A DNA stretch of 61,863 nucleotides, counting the filler, from Choristocarpus tenellus KU-1152 (Eukaryota > Protista > Phaeophyceae), in NCBI GenBank assembly GCA_964200185.2. It is 10 parts of 10 records of this genome, joined end to end, with 100 filler letters (N's around TTAATTAATTAA, not from the genome) between each part and the next. Parts side by side here need not be neighbours in the genome. Positions count along the whole stretch, not along the records: positions 1 to 3,688 come from CAXNAD020018514.1; positions 3,789 to 7,165 come from CAXNAD020020442.1; positions 7,266 to 15,494 come from CAXNAD020004970.1; 7 more parts are not named here. One strand, given 5' to 3'. The translations under genes and the position numbers were made by a program. Each line of letters opens with the position of its first letter. Positions within the stretch are counted from its first letter, which is position 1. Of the stretch, positions 1 to 12,279 are shown in pieces. The notes beneath the pieces were generated by a model. It was not told where the DNA came from and did not search any database. It worked only from the letters and a program-made list of their open reading frames with translations.

Positions 1-156
1 GGGGGGGTCTACACCACGGTGTCTATTTGGGCATTACCAGGAAAAGTGCATTTACATTATCCATCCGACGTATGCAACCAAATCAGACAAAAATTGCGAT
101 ATGAAAAAATTGCCCCCAAATGGACAGTCACTACCCTCCCCCAGATACTTTGAGTC
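1..156 (+). mobile_element. MITE family A copy (5' end truncated). Other partial copies at 3585-3688, ~6021-6050, 7266-7288, 15595-15756, 21349-21420, 56470-56520
   Basis: Shared core (GTCCATTTGG...CCAGGAAAAGTGCA...ATCCATCCGACGTATG...CCCCAAATGGACAG) ending in a C-run plus AGATACTTTGAGYC. Confidence 0.85.
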
Positions 157-599
157 TTTAGGGTTTGATCTTCGAATAAGGACCTACAAGTTACATTGGT
201 GTTACGCTAGAAAACTGTTGATCATTGTGGTTAAATATTGTAAAGTCCAGATAAGAAAATCATTAGTGGCAACCTACGTGCCTCATCCTTTATTCTTCCT
301 TCTCAGTCGGTTAAAACTGACTCCAAAAAAACACCTTGAAATATATATATATTTTAAGTAACCAAAGTATATATATAACAAATATTTCCATGCTACCAAT
401 TTGTATCACTGCCCTTTCCTCCCCTAAAAGTGTTCTCACTCCTACGCCTGCAATTTTTGTGTATACAAAAAAGACACCGTGTCCTTTGTTGGGGTGCTGC
501 AATTGGATGTGTGAGCAAACTCGTTATTACGACAACAGAAACATCTGAAGCACAATTCATCTGCAATTGACAACACAAAAAGCAATACTATCCTTGGGG

Positions 600-2232
600 T
601 TCTACCACATAGTAATTATCACGACATTGAAGAAGAATGCTTATTGCATAATTCAACATCACAGTTTTACGAGCACTTGAGAAGTAACACGATGAAAAAC
701 TCACCTCAAGTATGTTGATATCGTTTTGCTTGAAATCCAGGTCAGGATATTTCTGTCTGATCACTTCCGCTCCAATTGCTGCATTTTCACTGAGTTTGCG
801 CATTACCGGACTCTTCGACTCAAGGTAATGTTCTTGCAGTCCACGTTAATAAAATTATTGCCCAGGAACAACTCCAGCAGACTCATTCTCTTTATCCTTG
901 AACGTGCGTTGGATCTAATTTGGAGTATTACGATAGTGATATGTGGTGTTTGATGTACACAATCGTGATGTATATATCCGATTGCAAAAGTGATTGGAAA
1001 GCGGTTTGTAATGCATGGTGAAATTCTATTGAGCTGTATTGAGTTTCAAGTTTACGCAAGAAAAACATGTAGCCGTATAGCCTACCTCAACCATGCAGGT
1101 GTCGTTGACATCTCCAGCTTGACAAGGCATGGACTTGAGAACAGAAGTCATGCCGTCAATTGTCGCCGTAGTTATTTTGAGAAGGAAAGTCTGGAAGGAG
1201 TCAAAATGTACGGAGCAGTGAAGCAAACAACGAGGGGGTATAAGCTCATGTCCTTGTTGCGGCAAAGATTGCATCAACCATATGCATGTAGTATGGCCTG
1301 CACCTGAACTAATGTAAGGTGAGTTGATAAAATGTTCCCCTAAGCCATGATCAGTGTACTCATTAGCAAGTATCTTACTCGACTACAAATTAGTTACTTC
1401 TTCGTAATGTTTTTTTTCATCCAGCAAGAACACTATAAAACACGTTTGTAAGGCTGGAGGCAACAATGTTCTTACACAATATAGTCTTTCTGTTTCTTCC
1501 CCGTCTCACCTCAACATTGTAGTTATCAGTCCAGGTCATAGTAATTATCCGTGGAAGAGTGACGCCTTCATTTGTTGAATCGATAACATCACCAATCCAA
1601 GCCTGTTTCAAAAGAGGTTGGAAGTATTAATTGAGAAGAATTTCACCTATAGTACCCTTACTTCTATTAATGTCTTTGATAGAGTTGACGATTGATTATG
1701 CAAAATACAGAGACAAGGATGGATGCTGTTTCAAAAGAACTTATTCAATCAAACAAAGAGGGAGTGTGTTGTGTTGCGATATTTGTGAATTGACTTCCAT
1801 CAGAGCTTCAACTTAAAGTGAAATATCAGTCTTAAATAGCTACAGCAGGCTCGAGGCCCAAGGAAGAACTCTGTTGCCGTTACTCCATTGAGTACAAACG
1901 TGTCTTGTAGTATCCTCACTTAACCTAACAAGTACCTTTGCCTTTCAATGATTCATGAGGGTTTCCCCAGGTATCAGGCGGAAGAGGACCCCCTATTTGA
2001 TTTGACAGGAAAAATAGTGTGTATTTATCACTCAAATACTATGTACGTGCAAACTTAGATAAGACGTCGTACAAGTGGTCCCCGAAATCATAAGCACAAC
2101 ATACTCACGATAAAACTCTAACTTCCCCATGTCATCTTCTCTATCGCCAGTCATATTCATGGCATAATTGGACAACTCCTCAGGGATTTCTCGCGTTACG
2201 GGCTTCGTTATTGGAAAATGCCACCCCTTCAT
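600..2232 (-). pseudogene. Decayed D5-like primase/helicase (SF3) sequence
   Basis: Fragments appear in the expected order across frameshifts and stops: EIPEELSNYAMNMTG..LEFYREYVVLMISG, LKGKGT../VRILQDTF (Walker A-like), KQAWIGDVID..IITMTWTDNYNVEVRRG (Walker B/B'-like), LPDFPSQNNYGDN*R (motif C-like), SLLELFLGNNFI. Recognised by eye only. Confidence 0.35.
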
Positions 2233-2840
2233 GTACTGTGGACGATGTTAAAGAGGCAAGGACACTCTGCAGCAGTCTAAAAAACATGGAGAAGAAGTTG
2301 GGTAATTGAAGGAAGTTATTGGTCATATTCGTTTTTTATCTACGCTCGAAATATTGTAGCTAAATCTGGGACATCGTTCAAGGTCTAGTTGTAGATTACA
2401 CATTGAACAGATTCAAAGGAGTATGAGAAGTGTGACGCTAACTATTTCCTGATTTTTAATTTATCATTCACTTCTCCAAGAGCAATCGAACCCTTTACTT
2501 CTGTGGATTACACTCTGGAGTAAAATGGAAGACAGTCACACCACCTACTAACGTAGGTACTCTGGGTAAACTTAGCCATATATATAGAGTCAAGACATCC
2601 GAATGGTCCTGGTGGATGCAGGTTCGACGTAGGGTGGAGACAATCAGAAACGGGGAGTTGTGTGTAACCTTGTTGAATTCTAAACGGGTAACCACTCGAG
2701 TTTGGTGACTATCTCCTCAGTTCATCGCACTACTCCGAACAATGACGTTTATCGTTCCCCCCCTGGCATATTTGCCTATTTGGATTTCGATCCAGTCTTT
2801 CAATTCTCCAGTCCTGAAGAACAAGTCACATTTGAATATT

Positions 2841-3094
2841 GAGACAAACCAATCGAGAAGAGGTAGGCAGGTTTGGACCATTTTTCCTTCTAAGTCATCT
2901 TTCTTACCCTGTCCCTATTGCACTTATTTATGTGCACAATAGTGTACACAAAAATTATATTTCCCCTTTCTGCAGTGAAAATGACACCACAATTCAGCAA
3001 AGGCTCTTTCTGCAATTGTACAAAATTGAATCTTTTTGGACCTTTTCAGGATCATTCAAATGCAACCCTGCCTACCTCTCAGTTGGTTTGACTC
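2841..3094 (+). mobile_element. MITE family C (254 bp), TSD ATT
   Basis: TIRs GAGACAAACCAAT..AGAGGTAGGCAGG / CCTGCCTACCTCTCAGTTGGTTTGACTC. ATT at 2838-2840 and 3095-3097. Confidence 0.85.
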
Positions 3095-3688
3095 ATTGAG
3101 GGTTGTTTTTCGTATTGAGATTATTAATAGTTGTAATTCTTTGTGCCAACGAAACGGAGATACCAGGCAGAATCTAACTAAGGTTGACCCGACATTGGCA
3201 TCCACAAGCATGGCTAGAGAACATTTGATATGAACAGTAGAGTGCTTCAACAACGTGAAATAACTCCATGTACAAAGTGCTGCGCTTGAGAGTAGGAAAA
3301 CCATGTACAAGAAGTCAATGTGAAACTCCGATTCGAAGACTCACCCTCCCCACCTGAACACCTTTCTATCACATCAACCACTTATTGAGAGAGTAGGATA
3401 TCTCGTACACCACGTTTGGCACTCGTACATTATCTGCTTCGGTATTCCCCCTCTTTCCCCCTCCCCTATAGCTCGCTCGTCCTCCTCGATACTGAATGTT
3501 GTATGACTTATGACCGGATTGTCGGAGATAAACCCCACATGATCTAATCCTACGGAGGAAATTCCATCTCAACCAAATTGATCTGACCGAAAGTATCTGG
3601 GGGGGGGGGGGGGGGTACACCAGGGGGTCCATTTGGACAAAAAAAGGAAAAGTGCAATTTCATTATCCACCCGACGAATGGAACAAAA

Positions 3689-3788
3689 NNNNNNNNNNNN
3701 NNNNNNNNNNNNNNNNNNNNNNNNNNNNNNNNTTAATTAATTAANNNNNNNNNNNNNNNNNNNNNNNNNNNNNNNNNNNNNNNNNNNN
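3689..3788. other. Artificial contig spacer N44-TTAATTAATTAA-N44. Identical spacers at 7166-7265, 15495-15594, 21421-21520, 30163-30262, 35486-35585, 42109-42208, 49106-49205, 58111-58210
   Basis: Nine identical 100-nt blocks. The 12-mer is a six-frame stop linker. Confidence 0.98.
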
Positions 3789-3820
3789 CTCCCCCCCCCC
3801 CCCCCCCCCCTCCCACAAAC

Positions 3821-6584
3821 CTCAATGTAACTCATGTTCTTGGGCGTCATACCCCCCGCCAGGAACAGACCCCCCATTGGAAGATACTTGAGGCATGTCA
3901 GCCCTGCCTCGGCACCATAGTGGGTCGCCCAGGTGTCCATAACCTGCAGAGCACCAATCCCGTGACATGGGTAAAACAAAGGCAAACGATCAACACCGCG
4001 ATACTTTCAACCAAGACAGGGGGGGGGGCGATTGATCCATCCACAACGCGCTTTTTTTTTTCTTTTTTTTTAAACTAGAAAATAAAAATCCTCCGCCATA
4101 TCTCCCTCTCATCACGCGTGCCCTGCAGTGCTCTGCCCCTTCGGAGGGCGTTGGAGGGACGGGAGGGAGAGGGGAAGAGGAGTAGCAAGCAAAAAAGAAA
4201 AGTTTTTTAAATAAATAAATAAAAAATACTAGTCTCTTCATGTGATCCTGGACACCTTCAGTTAAATGATTAGTATCACGTCCAACAATATTGGGGTTAC
4301 CACACCAGCAAAGAGATCAACAACACCTACTTCAAAAGCCAAGTCAGGTAGTAGAAAATGTGTTGTTCGATAGGGGTCCCAAGCTTTGCAAGAACGTGCC
4401 AGGAGAGGAGTGGCAAGCAGTAAAGAGCAGGCACGGCACAGGCAAATGGGGTGGATACTCACACCCCTGATCGGAAGGACTACTAAAACAATGCCAGGCG
4501 TCCACAAGCACTTGTCTGTGGTACCACCTCAAACACTAATTGATTAGAGGGCAAGATTGGGGTGTATAGGAGAGGCACAACCAACACCCATGTTTGCGCC
4601 AATCAAAAAGCATGCTCTTGTTACAGTCAGCAGCCAATAGGAGTCTTAGTATCGACGATCTGCACTACCTGAGGATCTGAACATATCAGTATTTATACTC
4701 AAATCAATCACAACCATTGTGAAACAACAAATGTTTCATAATCGAGAATCTCATCATTGCTACTATTATTATCAGTAGCAGTACTTGTACATTACCAGGC
4801 AGCAAAGAGAGCCGGGCACAAGGGCTCCTTCAGCAATAAACTTCCCCTTGAGGTCTCCCGCGGCATTGATTGCTGCAGAACAAAAAAAAATGCATCGACG
4901 AATGTAGGGGGGGGGGGGGGGGGGCAAAAAAAAAAAAAAAGGTTCTCAAAATTTGAGATCGAACACGGAAGGGTGGAAAACCCCAAGGCTTTGGAAAGAA
5001 AAAAGACANNNNNNNNNNAAAAAAAAGTCGCCCTTGTGGGTCCCCCGGATGAAAAATAAAAAAAAAAAAAAAAAAAAAAATAGGGAGGGGGGGGGGGGGG
5101 GGGGGGGGGAGGCAAAAGAAATAAAAGAGGTTCTCACAATTTGAGATCGAACACGGAAGCGTGGATAACCTCAAGGCTTCTGACAGATAAAAGACACATC
5201 GCAGTTGGTGATACTCTGCCAAGCTTGTTATTATCATTTCTCAGACACTTCACATGCCACCAGAATCATACTTGCAGACAGTATTGAACTGCACTCACAA
5301 GAGACAAGCGCACTCACATAAACAAACAAACACACACACACACACATCCTGACAGTTCTCTTTGTCTGAACATGTTCGTCAATGCACCATAGGTGAGGAG
5401 GCGTTCTTGATAGCGTCAACAACAGTCCAGTGCCCATTTCAACAACAATGCCCTGTAAGAGAGCAAGAGCTCTTCAACACCCTCTCTGACAATGCTAAAA
5501 GATGGAAAAAGGCTATCTTACCCAAAAAGGCTAATAACACAGCTAAACACAAGACAATAAAAACAAACACTCCCTCCCCCCCTACCTACATACCTACATA
5601 TCCCCACCTGTTTCAACCCCTCAATCCCTGATAATTTACTACTACATTGACAAAAAGCCCCCCCCTTCAACCAGCTCAAATTTCCACCTAAAATGGGCCC
5701 ATCTTCCAAATTTCCCCACCTTGCAAGGGCGTTTCCTTTCAACAGCTGGCATTTCTCACCTTCGTGGATGGTAGTATCCACTCTCTCCGGATACTTCTGG
5801 GCCAAAAACTCGTACACATTGACCAGCCCAGAGCCGCTCACAATTCGCTCAACAGACACATGGCTGATGTTGTGCTTCTTCTTGAAGTACTATATATTAA
5901 AAAACAGAAAATAAAAAAAAGGATGGTAGTTGGGGGGTACAGTGATCGAATTGGAAGGGGGGGGGGGGGGAGGGGGGGGAACAANNNNNNNNNNCCGTTA
6001 GTAAGTAACAAGAATGTTAGGGCCCAAAGTATCTCAGGGGGGGGGGAAGGAGGGGAACAAGTATCCCAATTTATCGACAGTACTTCACCACACCCTCAGG
6101 TACCATACACAGTACAGACGGTTGGGGATTGACAGAGACACACAAAGCAAAACTCGCATTGCTTGATAAAACGCTCAGTGGGGAAGACCCCAAGCAACAC
6201 TAAAGAGCTCAACATTTCACCATCATAAAGTCGTGCCAAGCCCCCCCCGCCCTGGCCCCCGCCGGCTCCAGTTGCATCTCTTCACGATATTGAGGGAGAG
6301 AGATCTTGCAGGGTGCAGCAAGGAACATGTCACCCACATGCAAACAGTCCTCTCTCACCGTTATAATACTTCCCGACGCAACAGTGAACTACTACTGTGA
6401 CCATCACTGTTGACACAGCCAGCAGGGTGTCATTGCAAGCACGATTCCATTCCCACCCATTCCAAATAATTCCAAATCTGCACAATAGTCAGTCCTCTCA
6501 CATTGATAAACTCGAACTCCAGCTCATTTCTGGGAGCAAGCTCTGCATGTGACCCCTCGGACGGCCACGCGTCATACCAAGAAC
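3821..6584 (-). CDS. glk: Bacterial-type glucokinase (Glk family), internal exons only: 6584-6502, 5889-5760, 4872-4796, 3943-3821
   Basis: Four GT-AG exons with matching phases (1-0-1-0). They splice to SWYDAWPSEGSHAELAPRNELEFEFIN-YFKKHNISHVSVERIVSGSGLVNVYEFLAQKYPERVDTTIHE-AINAAGDLKGKFIAEGALVPGSLCCL-VMDTWATHYGAEAGLTCLKYLPMGGLFLAGGMTPKN. This carries the Glk motifs SEG(G)H, VSxERxxSGxGL and GGxxLAGG. Confidence 0.92.
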
Positions 6585-7086
6585 CTGGGAGGGATGTGTG
6601 TGTGTGTGAGATGAGAGAGAGAGTTTGCATCAATCAATTAAATGGGATGGGAGGATGTTGAAGGAGGGGCGGGAGAGAGTGATCGAGATAAACTGCTTGC
6701 TTCAACTCCTTACAAACTAAGCAATTTCTAGAAATGCAATAGCAGGGTTCACAGTCTGCTCACACAACTGTGTAAGCGACGAATCACCTACCTGGAAATA
6801 TAATGAAAACATTTCTTGCTTCTAGGGTTAGGGTTAGTATACGTGTCGAAACAAATACTCCAAAAAGGTCTAGGCAGTGCAATCCCAAGGCACAAGGAGA
6901 GGCAGAGCACAGCGTATCATACAACACAAGACATCCATTCCAGGTGACTGAATTTGGAAAAAATTATCAATGCAACACACAATAATACACTGTGCTCCTA
7001 TTTGCATCACACACCCTCATACCAGAGTTTCAGCATGAGCTTTCTAGCTGGTTCAAATGAGATATTTCTCAAATAGTTGACCCGGA

Positions 7087-7121
<35 letters not shown>

Positions 7122-7125
7122 CCCC

Positions 7126-7157
<32 letters not shown>

Positions 7158-7729
7158 ACCCACCCNNNNNNNNNNNNNNNNNNNNNNNNNNNNNNNNNNN
7201 NNNNNNNNNTTAATTAATTAANNNNNNNNNNNNNNNNNNNNNNNNNNNNNNNNNNNNNNNNNNNNCCCCCCCCAAGATACTTTGAGTGTTAAGAAAACTG
7301 GCAGAACAGGATGAGGTAAACTTTTCTTTTGAGGGGGAGGTGCACCACAATGTGTTTTCAGTTTGGTGACCGGAAAATATTATTTTGATCTTTGGATTTT
7401 CTTGAGTGATCCTCCAATGAAATGAATGAAATCCTCCATTGGTTTTTCCTGTCAAATGTGAACTGACAGAGTGCAGGCGAATGAGAAAGTGGTACATGTT
7501 CATGCCCACTTTTGTGCTAGGGGTCTGGAGATACCCGACAGGAATGGCCCTTTGTTGCTCTTTCAACTTATTCAGATGAACATGAGAGTGAACATGTAAC
7601 TTCTAGGACAGTCACCAAATGGACCCCACTGTGCATTGCGCCTGGCATATGCTTGCATGCCTTTCAAGAGACTCCTTTGGCGCAGACCCTTTTCCTTTGT
7701 AGAATCATTGTGCTTGTGCTTGATGAGCC

Positions 7730-8750
7730 ATCCTAATGGCAAATGTTTCCGCCCCTCATACCATACACCGCATGTAGTGGTAACGAATATCATTGTGCTT
7801 CTTGGTCATCCCTTGAACGTATCCCTTGAACACAACCTTCTGTCTGATCATGTTTCTAGGTCGTTTTCCTTCAAACACCGACCAGAACAGAACTTCCAAA
7901 TCACTTTCATCAACGTGTGCACCTACTTCGGGAGTAGTTCCCAGGCACTCAGCTCGCTCAACACAATGCACTCAGTCCCACCAGGAGAGAGAGACAGTGC
8001 AACCTTCTTCTTTTTTTTCCTTAGGTGGCCACCAGTCTATCCATCCTCCCCCAGACATACACAGCCCCCTTCGCATTTCACTAAATGCCCTCAGAGCACT
8101 CAGCACATTTAGCGTCAGTGTAGCCAATCGACTGATTCTTAGGCCCGTCCTCATGCAATGAAAACCTAACCCTAACCCTAACCCTTAAGTCAACTAACAT
8201 GCTGCAAAAGACACCAGGTGTGTGGTGGGTCATCGTGGTTGACTACTGAATGCACGCAATTATGTACCTAATCCTGTCAGGAATTGATCCCTCCCTCTCA
8301 ATCCTCTTGGAAATCAACAGTGGTTTGTACACCATACCAATACTGTGCCTCTTTTCCAGGTCCCCAACCCTCTAACCTCTGGTCCACAAGAGTGTCTGTG
8401 CTCCCTGATCTCTCTCGTCCTACCACCCATGAACTTGGTCACCTCTACCAAGCTTAGCACTGGGGGAGGTTCCTCTTTCAAGCCCCTCTGTCCAACAGCA
8501 TACATCAAACCCTGTACAACCACCATTGACATGTCACCCAGTGCACAAGCATCAGAAAACTGACTGAGGAAGCAGGAAGGTAAGGGCCGAGGAAAATCCA
8601 AGCCACTGCAATGCCAAAATTTACTTCTTCTGAGCTCTCCTTGCTGGCACCTTCATGAAGCTTCCCCTGATACAGGAGCCCCACCAACATGAAACCCCTC
8701 CTACTCATGGCAGTGTACCCATTGTGGAGTTCTAACTGCATACAACCTGT
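7730..8750 (-). mobile_element. Decayed Copia RT/RNase H remnant
   Basis: SDACALGDMSMVVVQ (like ADxC...VVHVDD), RRGLCMSGGGWIDW, ERAEC (like EAEY), KKHNDIRYHYMR (like KHIDIRYH). Confidence 0.7.
8165..8184. repeat. Short interstitial telomere-type (CCCTAA)n. Others at 6823-6836, 9524-9536, 52541-52559
   Basis: Two to three tandem CCCTAA/TTAGGG units at each site. Confidence 0.6.
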
Positions 8751-8899
8751 CTTGAAAAGGCCTCACCCTAACCTTTATTCAGTTTTGTTTTTTTAGCTTC
8801 TCGCCCCTATCGTTAATGTGTTGGGTATTTTTTTTTTAATACTCAGTAGCCAAACTGTTGTAGAAACTGTTGCAGTAACTGTTGTGGAGTGCACTAAGA

Positions 8900-9515
8900 A
8901 CCTTCTCGCTCAGTTCTACGTCCAGCATCGTCAACATCACATTTTGTCCATCTCAATCATTTCCGGGTCAAGTTAAGGGCCCTACTTTGAGCCCACAATT
9001 CTGTACATCGGGTAGCTCCATCACGGACTATAGTGGGCACAAAGGTCCTCACACCCCTCCGACGGCCTCTCAAAGTTCTCACAATATATTTTGCCACCGA
9101 TGTTACTCTCAACAGTAGACTCTCAGTAGTAGAATTTCAACAGTAGAATTTCCCCTGCCATGCTGGCCTCTAACGCCTCCCTCTTTGTCCTGTCCCTGGG
9201 ATCGAACCTTCTCATTCCAACTCTGATGTCATTCCCAGCCATCACTGCTTTCTCTCATCCTCCTGTTGAAACACCCACCAGTGTGCTTCTCCTAGCAAGA
9301 TAATCCTTCTCCATGATCATCACCCACATACTGGACAAACCCCAATGCTATCTATTGGAACTCATTGCATCGGCAGTGACTTCCACCTCGTGACCAACCT
9401 CCTTGATACTGATCACCCATACCGCATTCAACTCTCAATTTAGTATCCCTCTCGAGGACCAGAAGTCAGTCTCCCCTTTGATCAAGTTCCTCTATAGCTT
9501 GAGATCTCCAGCACA
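8900..9515 (-). mobile_element. Possible decayed non-LTR (I/Ingi-like) fragment
   Basis: Frameshifted NAVWVIS..RRIIL/RSTLVGV resembles the post-RT 'AW...RIITG..RSTP' motif. Confidence 0.3.
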
Positions 9516-12279
9516 TTTTTCAACCCTAACCCTAACAGTATATGTAGTCCACGAACAGATCAATCCTGGGGGGCATGTGCAGATTTATTCACTATCTTTT
9601 TGCACGCCTAACCCTTTGTCCGTGTACATACTGTTTTCTTCTTCCCCCTTGGACTTTGAAGGCCGGTTTGGGAGAAGGTGTTGGGCACTGGCAGATCTCC
9701 CATGTTGGCGTGGGACCTCGGGCAGAGGTTTGGTAGGAAGAAGGTGAGCAACGTAAAAAAAAGAAAGAGAATTTCTTACCAGGATAGCTCAGGTTTCGCT
9801 TTTCATGCTTGGGTGATGTGCGTGTGTCTCATGATACAGTGGGGTGTTATACTCAAGAGTGGGACACAAAGGGAAAGACGGTCTCTGATGTGGAGCCTTT
9901 GAACACAGTGCTCGTATGCCCAAAAGACTAGGTAGAACGGTTACTTTTTAATACTGGGCTCAGTGTTTCATTGTAGGCGTGAAGAGGATTTCGAGAAAGC
10001 TAGATGGGTGCGGGTGGGATGCAATGTGAGGTTGGGTTGCTTTCTCATTATTTATCCAAGGGTGCAAGTGCTTTTCCCATGTGGTATACCCATCGGAAGA
10101 TATTTCTTCTAGCTACTCCTATATCACATGAAGCATTTTATTACTTAGATGTGCAGGTTCAGGATGGTTCAGGGTACATACATATAACAAAAAGTTGGTG
10201 TTGAAAATAGTGAGGTTTGGTGAGAATAGATTGGTGTGACTTTTGAAGTATCTATGTCCTTGATTAGATTTGTAAAACGTGTTCTGTGCAAAGTGCAGAG
10301 CAGTGCATTCATTGTGTGTGAAAAAATATCAAGTTAAGATCACCCCCTCGATTATTGATATTAAGTATCTTTTTGTTTTACTTGAATTGATGTTATTCTC
10401 GGCTCTGGCTATTTTTTATTCATTGGTGAGACTCAGAAGCAGCATGCTCACCTCTCCTTTCCAATCTGCAAAGGGTGATCTTTGCCTGACATGGGGTCGG
10501 TCCATTATAGCTTTGTTGGTGCAGCACTCCACGACAGGTGTTACACAAAACCACCTGCCCTTTTTGAAGGCATCATCAGAATGCTATTATGTTGGGTCCT
10601 ATCCATACTGACACAATTAGTTGTGCGTCCCCTGTCCTGACACATAGCTCTCAATGCATACACAAATGCACAGACACAGCCTTGTTCACACTGCCAGCTA
10701 GTGCTCTGTCACAACGCCAATGTCTGTCTACCACCTACCTATTGACACAGTAGTCATCTGAACCTGATATCCAGAGATGGGACATCACCAGCATACAGTT
10801 ACCTCTCAAGGGATCGGTTCGCTTTCCGTTTCAAACAGTTCCGTTGCTCTGTGCAAGATAAGCTTCGCCGATGTCAACTCAGTCGAATAGGTTGTCGCAT
10901 AGGAGCCTACAAAATCAAACACACCAAACACCCAGGTCTCCCATCGCCATCGCTCTTGCAACCAACCACACAATGAGGGACCAAGCATGGAAGTGTCTTC
11001 TTGCTTACGTATACACTAATGTACACACTAATGTACACACTGACATACACACGACTGCGGCAATGTACACAAAACTTTGAAACAAGGTATGCTTTCGAGA
11101 CCTATCGATTGGCATCTTCGGGGAGGCTGCACCAACAACATTGGCAAAGTATGTGACGCCCTGTTTCCATACCGCCCTTGTCCGAGGGTATGCAGACTAC
11201 ATCATTCGGTGAGTTAACGTATCCCTCAGATGCCTTGAAATTTGGTCGGGTGGGTCATTAGGTAGGAAGGAATGCCTGCACAATTGCACGAGGCATGTCT
11301 GTGTGTCTCTGTGTCTGTGTTTGTGTATGAATGGCTCTGTATGTGACTGGAAAGGTGACTTTTGGGAGGTTGGGAGGACATGGATGACATGTTTGTGTGT
11401 GTGTGTGCGTTGTGGTTGCCTTTGTTGTTAGGTTTTTTTAAGGGCAGGATGTGTTGGTAGTTGTGGTAGTGATGAAGGTTTGGCAAGTGTTGTTGTATAC
11501 TTCAAAGTAGATTGGTGCAGGGGGTGGGTGAAGAGTATGATGCATGACGATTTGGTGGGGAGGATGGGGGTGATGAGAAATGGGGGTAAATAGATGAGTA
11601 CAAGATTGGACAAGTCACTCTCTTTATCATGTGAACAGACAGTGCCCACTGCATTGACCATTCCCATCACCTTATTCCCGATACAGACCCTGGTACAGTT
11701 TTGATTGCATTCCTTTCAACTGGGGTGAGGAGGTACCACAGTGAAACCGAGCAGTATTATTTATTTATGTTTTAAACCTTCCAGCATACTGCTGCATTTA
11801 AGGCAAAGCCCACAATGCGCTAATAGTTAAGTGTTGTGAATTGAGAGCATCCGTGAGTTAGAGCTAGATTGGCTCCAAAAAAAAAATGATACACTTGATT
11901 GCTATCAAACCAGGCGAAGCACATTTCACGCATCAAGTGCCATGGAAAAGAAAAAAAAATGAAGTACTCGTCATTTGCGTTCTTTTTTTTATTCCTCTGC
12001 TAGACGCACTTTCGATGTGATATTGTCTGAGATACTTTTTGTATGTATCTTTTTTTATGGCATAAGGGTGGAAAGCTGTCGAGAGGATTATGTTGGAATT
12101 GCTTATTCTTAGTATTTGTTACATTTTTCTTTTCTGTTTGTTTGTTTGTAGATGCATGTGGCTACACAATGCCGCTACCAGAACAAGCAGTCACCGGACA
12201 GTGTTCCCTCTGTTGCAATTCTTGGCAGCCTCCTATGCATCCACCATCATCCAGGCATACATGTTTATTCAGGCTTTTG

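Noticed and set aside
4900-5200. Duplicated ~70-bp segment around a 10-N gap (similar cases near 5985 and 51071)
   Set aside because: Looks like overlapping contig ends with homopolymer-induced read errors, not a real duplication.
10740-11280. Exon-like minus-strand segments
   Set aside because: All three frames after the apparent acceptor contain stops, and no family was recognisable.
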